In this document: positions 16,514 through 25,027 of the stretch, in pieces
Position numbering within the stretch: position 1 is the stretch's first letter
How the letters are laid out: each line of letters begins with the position of its first letter
NCBI GenBank assembly: GCA_027451665.1
Contig: DAIDIW010000002.1
Location: 1-46,250 of the forward strand
Reading direction: 5' to 3'
Source: Candidatus Kaiserbacteria bacterium
Lineage (GTDB): Bacteria > Patescibacteriota > Minisyncoccia > Phycocordibacterales > Phycocordibacteraceae
Length of the DNA stretch: 46,250 bases
Translations under genes and position numbers: made by a program
Notes under the pieces: generated by a model
Database searches by the model: none
What the model was told of the DNA's origin: nothing
Seen by the model: only the letters and a program-made list of their open reading frames with translations

Positions 16514-18253
16514 TTATAGGTGTTCGACAATTTCCTTCGTAAGGCGCGTGCTGAATTCGTCGAGCGGGAGTCCTTCGAGTTTGCCGTGGTCGCGGCTCTC
16601 AGCGGTGACGGTCTTTGCGTCCATCTCCGCGTTCCCAAGGACGAGTACGTAGGGCAGCTTTTGCCTCTTGGCCTCGCGGATGCGTTTACCCAGGGAATCG
16701 TTGCTCGCATCAATCTCTGTGCGAATACCCGCTTCCTGCAGCTTCGCAGCGACTTCCTTGCCGTACGCATGATGTGCCTCGGCGATCGGCACGATGCGTA
16801 CCTGCTCGGGCGAGAGCCAGAGCGGGAGATTGCCGCCCGTGTGTTCGAGCATGACCGCGCTGAATCGCTCGATGCTTCCCATGATGGCGCAGTGGATCAT
16901 GACGATGCGCTCCTTTTCGCCCTTTTCGTTGACGCACGTGAGATCGAAGCGTTCAGGCAGGTTCATGTCGAGCTGGATAGTAGCCACCTGGTGCTCGCGC
17001 CCGAGAGAATCCGTGGCCATGAAGTCGAGCTTCGGCCCGTACATCGCCGCTTCGCCTGGCGCCTCGAAGTGGTCGGCGCCACGCTCCGAAGCTATCTCGC
17101 GCAGCGCGTTCTCGGCGTTCGCCCAGATCTCAGGCGTACCGAGATAGCGTTCCGGGGCTGCCGGATCATGGAAAGAGAGGCGGACGCGCAGCCTGAAGCC
17201 GAACGCACCGTAGAAGGTATCGATGATGTCCCAGATCTTGAAGAATTCTTCCTTCACCTGGATGTGGCGGCAGAAGACGTGGGAATCGTCCTGGGTGATC
17301 GAAAGCACGCGCGTGAGTCCGCCGAGTTCGCCGGATTGCTCGTCGCGATACACCATGGTCGTTTCCGCGTACCGCTGCGGCATCTCACGATAGGAATGCG
17401 GATGGCGATCGAAGATCTGCGTGTGATGCGGGCAGTTCATGGGCTTCACCGCGTACTCCTTGTCTTCGCGTGTCTCGATGCGGAAAAGCTCATCCGCGAA
17501 CTTCTCCCAATGGCCCGACGTCTCGTAGAGCGCGCGCTTCGTGAGATGCGGGATGGTAACGCGCGCATAGCCATGCCGTTCGCGGAGCTGCCAGACGAAT
17601 GCATCAAGCAGGTGCCGCATGAGCGCGCCTTTCGGAGTCCAGAGCGGCAAGCCGGGACCGACGAGCTCGGAGAAGGTGAACAGGTCAAGCTCCTTCCCGA
17701 GGAGTCGGTGGTCGCGCTTTTTCGCCTCTTCGCGCTGCGCTGTGAGTGCATCGAGCTCCTCCTTCGTGTCGAACGCGAGGCCGTAGATGCGCGTGAGCAT
17801 CGGCTTCGTCTCATCGCCGCGCCAGTAGGCGCCCGCGACGCGGTCGAGCGCGAAGGAATCCGGCGCGATGTCCTCGGCGGGGTGGGCCGTGTGGCCCCCG
17901 CGGCACAAATCGGTGAATCCGCCGCACGTGTAGAGCGTAATGGGCTCGCCGCGCCCAGAGATCTCCTCGATGAGCTCGAGCTTGTACGGATTGCCCTTGA
18001 AGACCTCGCGCGCCTTCTCCGCGGAAACCTCCTCATGCGTGAATTCCTTCCACTCGCCGAGTCGCTTCCGCATGGCCTTCTCAAACGTCACGAGATCGGC
18101 ATCGGAAACCTTCTGGTCGCCGAAATCGATATCGTAGTAGAAGCCGGTGTCGATGGCCGGACCCAAAGTGAGCTTTGCTTCGGGATAGGACTCGAGCACC
18201 GCCTGGGCGAGTAGGTGGGCGAGCGTATGTCGTTTGGCTTCGAGGGGATTCAT
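16514..18253 (-). CDS. thrS: Threonyl-tRNA synthetase (no N-terminal TGS domain)
   Basis: RHTLAHLLAQAV, DLCRGGH, RDHRLLGKELDLF, KPMNCPHH, YRDEQSG, AMYGPKLDF, IHCAIMGSIERF. Start moved to ATG 18253. Confidence 0.96.
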   Translation of the reverse strand: MNPLEAKRHTLAHLLAQAVLESYPEAKLTLGPAIDTGFYYDIDFGDQKVSDADLVTFEKAMRKRLGEWKEFTHEEVSAEKAREVFKGNPYKLELIEEISGRGEPITLYTCGGFTDLCRGGHTAHPAEDIAPDSFALDRVAGAYWRGDETKPMLTRIYGLAFDTKEELDALTAQREEAKKRDHRLLGKELDLFTFSELVGPGLPLWTPKGALMRHLLDAFVWQLRERHGYARVTIPHLTKRALYETSGHWEKFADELFRIETREDKEYAVKPMNCPHHTQIFDRHPHSYREMPQRYAETTMVYRDEQSGELGGLTRVLSITQDDSHVFCRHIQVKEEFFKIWDIIDTFYGAFGFRLRVRLSFHDPAAPERYLGTPEIWANAENALREIASERGADHFEAPGEAAMYGPKLDFMATDSLGREHQVATIQLDMNLPERFDLTCVNEKGEKERIVMIHCAIMGSIERFSAVMLEHTGGNLPLWLSPEQVRIVPIAEAHHAYGKEVAAKLQEAGIRTEIDASNDSLGKRIREAKRQKLPYVLVLGNAEMDAKTVTAESRDHGKLEGLPLDEFSTRLTKEIVEHL

Positions 18254-18271
18254 GGCAGGCGTGTATGTAAA

Positions 18272-18442
18272 GGTAATAAGAAAGCGCCCTGGCGAAGACG
18301 GAAACAGGAGTTCCGTCTTCGCCAGGGCGCTCAAGGCGCGGTTCCACCCGGCTTCTCGCGCGTGCGCGCGACTCGTTCGACTCGGATTAGGCCCTCGGGC
18401 GCCGGCGGCCTTCGGTTGGTAGCCGAAGCAATCTCCGATAGC
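18272..18442 (-). promoter_or_regulatory. T-box riboswitch with intrinsic terminator upstream of thrS
   Basis: Minus strand: specifier hairpin cttcgg-ctACCaa-ccgaag, Stem III tcgcgc/gcgcga, T-box AAGCCGGGTGGAACCGCG, antiterminator GCCGGG/CCUGGC + GCG/CGC, overlapping a 20-bp terminator (18284-18330) with a U-rich tail. Confidence 0.9.
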
Positions 18443-18446
18443 TCAC

Positions 18447-18474
18447 ATGCTAGCACCGGCGGGCGGGCGGTCAA
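18447..18474 (-). promoter_or_regulatory. Promoter of the thrS leader
   Basis: TTGACC-16 nt-TAGCAT with TG extension. Confidence 0.7.
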
Positions 18475-18480
18475 GCATGA

Positions 18481-18507
18481 ATACGGCGGCACTGCGTGCC
18501 GCCGTAT
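18481..18507 (-). terminator. Hairpin downstream of the 59-aa ORF
   Basis: atacggcggcac/gtgccgccgtat, a perfect 12-bp stem. Confidence 0.65.
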
Positions 18508-18516
18508 CGCACCTTC

Positions 18517-18696
18517 TCACGTGCGACGATCCTTGATGTCCTTGCGTTCACGCGTCAGATCGGCGATGCGTCTTAATAGGAAATTAGCGACCGGCTTGTT
18601 CTTACTTTCTATCGCTTGATCGCGCTGACGTTTCGCTGCATTAAGCCGCCTGTTAAGGTCGTCGAGTTCCCGGTCGGTGTCTGTCGCTTGGACCAT
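18517..18696 (-). CDS. 59-aa coiled-coil protein (UVR-motif-like), not in the ORF track
   Basis: SD AGAGGAG 6 nt before ATG; MVQATDTDRELDDLNRRLNAAKRQRDQAIESKNKPVANFLLRRIADLTRERKDIKDRRT*; terminator hairpin 10 nt after the stop. Confidence 0.7.
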   Translation of the reverse strand: MVQATDTDRELDDLNRRLNAAKRQRDQAIESKNKPVANFLLRRIADLTRERKDIKDRRT

Positions 18697-18736
18697 CGCT
18701 GACTCCTCTGTCGGTGTAGGTTCCGCTTCCCGTATA

Positions 18737-21700
18737 TCACAGCGGCTTTAGGTCGTCGAGGGCGAGCGAGGTCTCCCCGTTTCGATTCGAGACCGAACCT
18801 TTGATAAGCATGCACGACCCCGCCGTGAGCGACCCGCCATGCTCTTTGAAGAGTTTAGGGAACGCCACGGCTTCGATAGCGCCCGTCTTGTCCTCGAACT
18901 TTATGAAAGCCATCTTCTCTCCCTTCTTCGTGAGGATGGCGCGCACTTCGGCGACGAGCACCGGCAGGACGACCGGGAAGCCGGGCTTCGGATCCTCGAG
19001 TACATGTGAAATGGTATATTTCGATTTCTTGAGCCACTCCGGATGCGCGTCGAGCGGATGACCAGACACGTAGATGCCGAGGAGCTCCTTCTCCCATGCG
19101 AGCTTATCCGCAAGCGACACGTGCGCGCCGTCCGGCAAGGTAAGCGCCGGCGCCGTCATCGCAGCCCCGAACAGAGATCCTTGCGGCGCTTCGGCGGTCA
19201 TCTCGCGATGGTAGGCAAGCAGGGTCTCGATATTAGTGAGAAGCGTCCCGCGGCGCTCGAAGCGATCGAGTGCGCCGCACTTCACGAGGGATTCGAGCGA
19301 TTTGCGATTCAGGTGCCGGCTTCCCACGCGCGCGAGGAAGTCAGACAGCGTCGCATAGGGGCCGTGCGCGAGCCGCTCATCGAGGATCGCCTTCGCGATG
19401 CCGTCGCCGAAGTTCTTTATCGAGTTCAGGCCGAAGCGGATGCATTCCTGTTCGCCATCTTTCACGACCGTGAAATCGGTCCCGCTCTCGTTTACATCCG
19501 GCGGCAGCACCGGTATCTTCATACGATTCGCTTCGGCGACGAGCCGCGCGATCTCCTCGGTATTGCCGGCGTCCGCCGTCATGAGCGCAGCCATGTACTC
19601 GACCGGATAGTTCGCCTTCAGGTACGCGGTCTGATACGCGGTGCGGCCGTAGCTCGCTGCATGCGCCTTGCCGAACCCGTACGCCGCGAATGGTTCGATG
19701 AGCTCCCAGAGGTGGTTGGCGAGCTTCGGCGAGAGTTTCCCGTACTCGACGAACCCCTTGAGGAGCTTCTCCTTTTCCTTCTGCATGACTTCCGGGATTT
19801 TCTTTCCCATGGCTTTGCGGAGCTTATCCGCATCGAGCCAGGAGTAGCCGGCGAGCGTGATGGCCGTGAGCAACACGTCTTCCTGGTATACGATCACGCC
19901 GTAGGAGAGCTCGAGGTACTGCTTCATGCGTGGATCGAGATACGCGATGAGCTGCGGACGCTGCTTGCGTTCGATGTACTTCGGGATGTTCTCCATCGGG
20001 CCAGGCCGGTAGAGCGCTACCATCGCATTGATGTCGTGGATGGAGGTCGGCTTCAGCTCCTTGAGCCAACGAGTCATGCCGGAGCCGTTCAGCTGGAAGG
20101 TGCCGTACGTATCGCCCTTAGAGAGCATCTCGTAGGTCTTCTGGTCATCGAGTGGGATGCGCTCGATGTCGAGCTCGAGGCCGCGCGACTCCTTCACGCG
20201 CCGCACCGCGTCAGCGAGGATGGCGAGGTTCTTGATGCCGAGGAAGTCGAATTTCGTGAGCCCGACGCCGTCTTCGCCGACCGAGTACATGTCGTACTGG
20301 GTGATGAGCTTCCCCGTGCCTTTAGGGTCCGGCTGGATCGCTGTCCATTCGGCGATGGGCGTCGGCGCGATGACCACGCCCGCCGCATGGACGCCGACAT
20401 GGCGAACGCAGCCTTCGATCCGCTTCGCGAGATCGAGTATCTCCCGCGCGTCCTCGTCTTCGTCATAGAGGGCTTTCAGGTCCGGCTCCATCTCGAGCGC
20501 CTTATCGATCGTCATCGGGAAGCCCTGCGAGCCTATCGGGATGAGTTTCGCGATGCGATCGCCCGTGTTGTAGGAGTGCCCTAGGGCGCGCGCGACGTCG
20601 CGCACCGCCGCGCGCGCCATCATGGTGCCGAAGGTGCCGATTTGCGCGACGCGATCCTCGCCGTATTTCGAGCGCGCATACGCGATCACCTCGTCGCGGC
20701 GGTTGTCGGCGAAGTCCATATCAATATCCGGCGCTGACGGACGTTCGGGATTCAAGAACCGTTCGAACGGAATCTTGTACTCGAGCGGATCGATCTTCGT
20801 GATGCGCAGGAGATATGTCGTCATCGATCCGGCGACCGAGCCGCGGATGTTCGTATAGATATCGTGCTCGCGCGCATAGCGCACGAGGTCCTCCACGACG
20901 AGGAAGTATGCGGCGTACCCCTTGAAACTGATAATGCCAAGCTCGTACTCGAGCCGCTCGAGAACGTCCGCGCGGCCGTCGAGGCCGCGCGCGGCGATGC
21001 CCTCCATGCAGAGTGCCCGCAGCTGCTCGTCCGCTGTTACTCCCTCGGGGAGCTTGAATTCGGGAAAAGTGAATTTTCCGAGTACGAGTTCCACGCGGCA
21101 TCGATCGGCTATCGTGAGGGAATTATCGACGGCCTCCGGAATGTCCTTGAAGCGTTCGAGCGCTTGCGTCTCGGATATGAACGAGAAATCCTCCTGTTCG
21201 TTGCGTCCGTGGCCGCCCTGCTGGATGCGGCGCATGATCTCGGTTGCCTCGCGGTCCTCCGGCTCGAGGTAATAGACGTCGTGCTGCGCGACGAGCGCCG
21301 TGTCCGTCTCCTTCGCGAGCAAGATGAGCCGAGCCATGAGCTCCTCATGTCCGTCCACCTGCGGGTGGTGCGTTATCTCGAGGAACAGGTTGTCCTGTCC
21401 GAAGATGCTCTTGAATTCCGCGAGTGCGGCTTTCGCGCCCTCAGCGTCGCCCGCGCGGAGCGACTGCGAGACATCACTTGCGAACGAGGGAAGGAGCGCG
21501 ATCACGCCGTTCGCGTGCGCGCGCAGAAGCTCTTTGTCCATGCGCGGACGCTCGAAGAACCCTTCCGTCCAGCTTTTCGTCACAAGCGCGAGGAGATTCC
21601 GATACCCCTCGTTATTCTCCGCGAGCAGCACGATGCGCGAACGCTTCCGATCGAGGTCATGATCCTTCTCGAACCGGGAGCGCGGCGCAAGGTACGCGTC

Positions 21701-21901
21701 AACGCCAAGAATCGGCCGTATGCCCGCCTTCTCCGCTTCCATGTAGAACTCGATGAGCCCGTGCGTGTTACCGCTGTCGGTCAGACCGACCGCATCCATG
21801 CCCTCAGCCTTAGCTTTCGCGACGAGCTCGGGCACCTTGGGCAAGGCCTGCAGGAAGGTGTAATGGCTATGGGTGTGGAGGTGGACGAATCGCGAAGCCA
21901 T
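18737..21901 (-). CDS. dnaE: DNA polymerase III alpha subunit
   Basis: PHP FVHLHTHSHY, RGSVAGS, RPSAPDIDMDF, GVHAAGVVI, KFDFLGIKNL, YGFGKAHA, C-terminal OB fold. Confidence 0.97.
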   Translation of the reverse strand: MASRFVHLHTHSHYTFLQALPKVPELVAKAKAEGMDAVGLTDSGNTHGLIEFYMEAEKAGIRPILGVDAYLAPRSRFEKDHDLDRKRSRIVLLAENNEGYRNLLALVTKSWTEGFFERPRMDKELLRAHANGVIALLPSFASDVSQSLRAGDAEGAKAALAEFKSIFGQDNLFLEITHHPQVDGHEELMARLILLAKETDTALVAQHDVYYLEPEDREATEIMRRIQQGGHGRNEQEDFSFISETQALERFKDIPEAVDNSLTIADRCRVELVLGKFTFPEFKLPEGVTADEQLRALCMEGIAARGLDGRADVLERLEYELGIISFKGYAAYFLVVEDLVRYAREHDIYTNIRGSVAGSMTTYLLRITKIDPLEYKIPFERFLNPERPSAPDIDMDFADNRRDEVIAYARSKYGEDRVAQIGTFGTMMARAAVRDVARALGHSYNTGDRIAKLIPIGSQGFPMTIDKALEMEPDLKALYDEDEDAREILDLAKRIEGCVRHVGVHAAGVVIAPTPIAEWTAIQPDPKGTGKLITQYDMYSVGEDGVGLTKFDFLGIKNLAILADAVRRVKESRGLELDIERIPLDDQKTYEMLSKGDTYGTFQLNGSGMTRWLKELKPTSIHDINAMVALYRPGPMENIPKYIERKQRPQLIAYLDPRMKQYLELSYGVIVYQEDVLLTAITLAGYSWLDADKLRKAMGKKIPEVMQKEKEKLLKGFVEYGKLSPKLANHLWELIEPFAAYGFGKAHAASYGRTAYQTAYLKANYPVEYMAALMTADAGNTEEIARLVAEANRMKIPVLPPDVNESGTDFTVVKDGEQECIRFGLNSIKNFGDGIAKAILDERLAHGPYATLSDFLARVGSRHLNRKSLESLVKCGALDRFERRGTLLTNIETLLAYHREMTAEAPQGSLFGAAMTAPALTLPDGAHVSLADKLAWEKELLGIYVSGHPLDAHPEWLKKSKYTISHVLEDPKPGFPVVLPVLVAEVRAILTKKGEKMAFIKFEDKTGAIEAVAFPKLFKEHGGSLTAGSCMLIKGSVSNRNGETSLALDDLKPL

Positions 21902-21910
21902 CGTGCTTCA

Positions 21911-21919
21911 AGGATACCA
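21911..21919 (-). promoter_or_regulatory. Extended -10 promoter of dnaE (TGGTATCCT)
   Basis: 9 nt before ATG 21901. Confidence 0.6.
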
Positions 21920-22026
21920 AGAAATGGCTTTCCCCAAGGATGGGCCTTGAAGGGAGTCTTCATGTGTTGTATAACGGGCCATTAGTCGCAGACGAGTACA
22001 TTCTGAAACGAGAAAGGGGATTCTCC

Positions 22027-22470
22027 ATGGATATTCGAACGCCCGACCAGGAACCGGAAGGCGAAGTGGTTCTACATCTCAATCTTCCGGTTTCTTGTCC
22101 GCGTATCCTGAAAAAACACCAAGGACTCGACTTGAAGTCGGCGATAGTTATCGAGAGCGACGGCACATTGAAGCTGAGCTTCTCAAAGATGGCGATTGAC
22201 TTCGTGCCTCCGGAAGCGCTTTCCGGCGGCCGTTTCGACCTCCTGCGTGGCGGCAACCGTCATCGGGAGCTCGAGCACTGGAGCCCACATGGCAGCGGCA
22301 TTCGGGCCCGACACCTGCTTCCGTACGATCGGATAGAAGTGAGGGCGCGTGTGCCGCTCTACCCGGTGCTCTTTCACGCGAGCCTGTGCGGAAACGTGAA
22401 GATCTACTGGATCGATTCGTGCCTTCATAAGAAGCTCACGGAGAGCAAGCGTACTGTAGACGTCGCTTGA
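22027..22470 (+). CDS. Orphan hypothetical protein (147 aa)
   Basis: TATAAC -10-like box, aaagggga SD-like sequence, ATG 22027, strong terminator after the stop; no family recognised. Confidence 0.6.
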   Translation: MDIRTPDQEPEGEVVLHLNLPVSCPRILKKHQGLDLKSAIVIESDGTLKLSFSKMAIDFVPPEALSGGRFDLLRGGNRHRELEHWSPHGSGIRARHLLPYDRIEVRARVPLYPVLFHASLCGNVKIYWIDSCLHKKLTESKRTVDVA

Positions 22471-22497
22471 CCATGCAGAGTATCCCGCACGGATACG

Positions 22498-22529
22498 GAC
22501 GCCATACCCGAAGGGTATGGCGTCTTTTT
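22498..22529 (+). terminator. Intrinsic terminator after the orphan gene
   Basis: gacgccataccc-gaa-gggtatggcgtc-ttttt. Confidence 0.85.
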
Positions 22530-22549
22530 CGTCTGCTATCCTGAATTAC

Positions 22550-23146
22550 ATGCATGTGATTGGCGTTGACGAAGCGGGTCGAGGACCGCTCGCTGGACCA
22601 GTGGCCGTCGGCGCGGTCGCCGTGGCTGAAGGATTCGATGTAGCGAAAGAATTTTCGGGTGTCGCCGATTCGAAGAAACTTACGGAACAGAAGCGCGAAA
22701 AGCTCTTCGCGATGCTTGAAGCGCGCGCTTCGTGTGGCGATGCACGCTTCATTGTCGAGTACGGCGAAGCGCGCGAGATAGACGCGCACGGCATCGCGGT
22801 TGCCGTACGCTCTGCCGTATCGCGCGCGGTGAATGCGCTTACGCCAGACACTGCACGTGTCGAGGTTCTCCTCGACGGGGCGCTCAAAGCGCCGCCCGAG
22901 TACCGCCAACAGACCATAATCGGCGGTGACTCGAGCATCCCGCTCATCTCTCTCGCATCGATTGCGGCGAAGGTCTCACGTGACCGCCTTATCACGACCC
23001 TGGCTTCGCAGTATCCTGCGTACGGCTTCGAGAAGCACAAGGGCTACGGGACGAAAGCGCACTACGAAGCCATTGCGAAGCATGGTCTTTGCGTTATGCA
23101 CCGCCGCTCGTTCATCCACCTTGATTTCAGGTCTCGGGAGAGGTAG
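22550..23146 (+). CDS. rnhB: Ribonuclease HII
   Basis: IGVDEAGRGPLAGPV, DSKKL, LLDG, IIGGD, ISLASIAAKVSRD, KHKGYGTKAH, HRRSF. Start moved to ATG 22550 (TGCTATCCT 7 nt upstream). Confidence 0.95.
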   Translation: MHVIGVDEAGRGPLAGPVAVGAVAVAEGFDVAKEFSGVADSKKLTEQKREKLFAMLEARASCGDARFIVEYGEAREIDAHGIAVAVRSAVSRAVNALTPDTARVEVLLDGALKAPPEYRQQTIIGGDSSIPLISLASIAAKVSRDRLITTLASQYPAYGFEKHKGYGTKAHYEAIAKHGLCVMHRRSFIHLDFRSRER

Positions 23147-23176
23147 CGTCTCACAGGTACCCGATGTTCGGGCAAC

Positions 23177-23419
23177 ATGATCTTTTTCTTGGGGCTAGTC
23201 ATGGTTCTTCGCGATGTGTATGAGTCGGAGCGCAAGCCGTTTGATTCGCGCTCTCCTAAACAGATACGAGATGCCATAAAACGCAGGCGTCTGAAGGAAA
23301 CTGCTTGTGAATTCTGCCCGCACAATAATTCCATGTCTGGACAGGAAGTGTTTTGTCAACATCCCGCCAATACGGGCTACGTGCGTCCCCCGCAGCGGTG
23401 CGAGCACAAGTCCAAATAG
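23177..23419 (+). CDS. 80-aa hypothetical protein, N-terminal hydrophobic segment and CxxC..C..C cluster
   Basis: MIFFLGLVMVL...ACEFCPHN...FCQHP...RCEH; AT-richer than the flanks; terminator-like hairpin at 23466-23503. Confidence 0.5.
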   Translation: MIFFLGLVMVLRDVYESERKPFDSRSPKQIRDAIKRRRLKETACEFCPHNNSMSGQEVFCQHPANTGYVRPPQRCEHKSK

Positions 23420-23530
23420 GATAAGAATTATTGGCAGGCTTTGGTGTCAGAAGCGTGCAGCATCGAGGGGCGCTCCATAACAAACGGGGCGCTCTTTTCT
23501 TTTGGCATGACGCATGCTAGAGTTCCGGTC

Positions 23531-23863
23531 ATGTCAGTACGAATGCGCCATACGCGCGCCCATACGAATAACCGCCGCAGTCACCATGCGCTGTCGGCCA
23601 CGAAGACCGTCAAGGACAAGGAGAGCGGCAAGCTCCGCCTCCCGCATCGCCTTGACGAGTCCACCGGCATGTACCGCGGCAAGCAGCTCTTCACGCCGAA
23701 GGTCAAGCAACCGAAACAGGCGCATACGCACGGCACGCATCACGAGCATGTCCGCGAAGAGATAGCGGACGAACAGAAGCCGGAGGAAGCGAAAGCGGTC
23801 GAGCAGACCAGCAAAGGGAAGAGGGGACACGCGAAAGAAGGTCCCGGCCCGGACGGAAAATAA
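23531..23863 (+). CDS. rpmF: 50S ribosomal protein L32 (Zn-free) with long C-terminal extension
   Basis: [21 protein letters not shown]...LRLPHRL...GMYRGKQL, no Cys. Start moved to ATG 23531 (TGCTAGAGT 7 nt upstream). Confidence 0.9.
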   Translation: MSVRMRHTRAHTNNRRSHHALSATKTVKDKESGKLRLPHRLDESTGMYRGKQLFTPKVKQPKQAHTHGTHHEHVREEIADEQKPEEAKAVEQTSKGKRGHAKEGPGPDGK

Positions 23864-23868
23864 GCAAG

Positions 23869-23949
23869 CCGAAACACGAGGCTCGAAATCCGAAACAAGC
23901 ACGAAATTCAGTATCTGAATTTCGTGCTTGTCTGTTTGCTCCGGATTTC
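23869..23949. repeat. Nested inverted repeat with 7-nt periodic CGAAA units
   Basis: Perfect 17-bp stem acaagcacgaaattcag/ctgaatttcgtgcttgt (23895-23931) inside gaaatccg/cggatttc. Confidence 0.8.
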
Positions 23950-24059
23950 AGCATACGAATCCCGGATTCAGGAGCAAGGACCAAAATGCACAGCAGAATC
24001 GCGTACGCGCTTGCGAAAAGTACCCGTCTGCTATACTCGCTAGAACAACGATCTTTTCC

Positions 24060-24962
24060 ATGGCGAACCGGCACCTAGCACGCTCAGTGGTATTGCAGAC
24101 CCTTTTCGAACGGGATACCACGCACGTATCCGAGAAAGAGACGCAGGATATTCTCGCGCGCAATGCCGAAGAATTCGGCGGCGACGATACCGACCGCCCA
24201 TTCATGGATCAGCTGCTCGCGGGCGTCATCGCGAAGCAGAAGGACATCGACCTCATCATAGAGAAGGCGGCGCCCGACTGGCCCCTGGACCGCATTGCTC
24301 CGGTAGACCGCAACATCCTCCGCATAGGCCTCTACGAGCTCCTCTTCGCTGACCGCGCCCAGGTACCGGCGAAGGTCGCTATTAATGAAGCGATCGAGCT
24401 TGCGAAGACGTTCGGCGGCGAATCCTCTGGTCGGTTCGTGAACGGCGTCCTCGGCGCGGTCTATAAGGAGATAGGCGAGCCGGGCAAGGATGAGCAGGGC
24501 AAGAAGAAGGTAAAGCGCGAGGAGCTGCCGCTCGAGAAAATGGGCGGGGCCATCGTCTACGCGAAGCATGACGGCCAGTATTATCTTGCGCTTGTCCATG
24601 ACGTATTCGGGCGCTGGACTCTGTCGAAGGGGCACATAGAGAATGATCCGTCGCCGGAAGAAGGAGTAAAACGCGTCGTAAAGGAAGAGCTCGGGCTCGA
24701 CGCGGCCGTACATGATCAGGTGGGCGAGAACGAATATGTCGCGAGCCATCCGGAGAAGGGGAAAGTGCGCAAGCATGTGTGGTTCTTCGTAGCCGAAGCC
24801 CCGTTCGAGCCCCTCGCACTCAAGAAATCCGGCGGGCTCGACGATGCCAAGTGGTTCCGGCTCCAGGACATCATCGACCTCAATTTCTACGATGACATGC
24901 TGCCGATCGTGACCGCCGCCGTGCAAAAACTGCTCGATCAGACGGCTCCAGCAGCCCGCTAG
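24060..24962 (+). CDS. nusB: Transcription antitermination factor NusB fused to a C-terminal NUDIX domain
   Basis: NRHLARSVVLQTLF, VDRNILRIGLYEL, PAKVAINEAIELAKTFG, FVNGVLG; then WTLSKGHIE...KEELGL. Start moved to ATG 24060. Confidence 0.92.
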   Translation: MANRHLARSVVLQTLFERDTTHVSEKETQDILARNAEEFGGDDTDRPFMDQLLAGVIAKQKDIDLIIEKAAPDWPLDRIAPVDRNILRIGLYELLFADRAQVPAKVAINEAIELAKTFGGESSGRFVNGVLGAVYKEIGEPGKDEQGKKKVKREELPLEKMGGAIVYAKHDGQYYLALVHDVFGRWTLSKGHIENDPSPEEGVKRVVKEELGLDAAVHDQVGENEYVASHPEKGKVRKHVWFFVAEAPFEPLALKKSGGLDDAKWFRLQDIIDLNFYDDMLPIVTAAVQKLLDQTAPAAR

Positions 24963-24971
24963 CATGTGCGA

Positions 24972-25003
24972 CAAGCACCCGCGGCTTTGGCCGCGGGTGC
25001 TTG
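24972..25003. repeat. REP-like palindromic hairpin, copy 1
   Basis: caagcacccgcggc-tttg-gccgcgggtgcttg. Confidence 0.7.
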
Positions 25004-25027
25004 CGCCTTGTGCTATAAACTAGCCAT

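Noticed and set aside
18609-18815. 68-aa minus ORF in the ORF track
   Set aside because: It overlaps the dnaE end and lacks an SD; the alternative frame 18517-18696 has an SD, a terminator and a plausible helical product.
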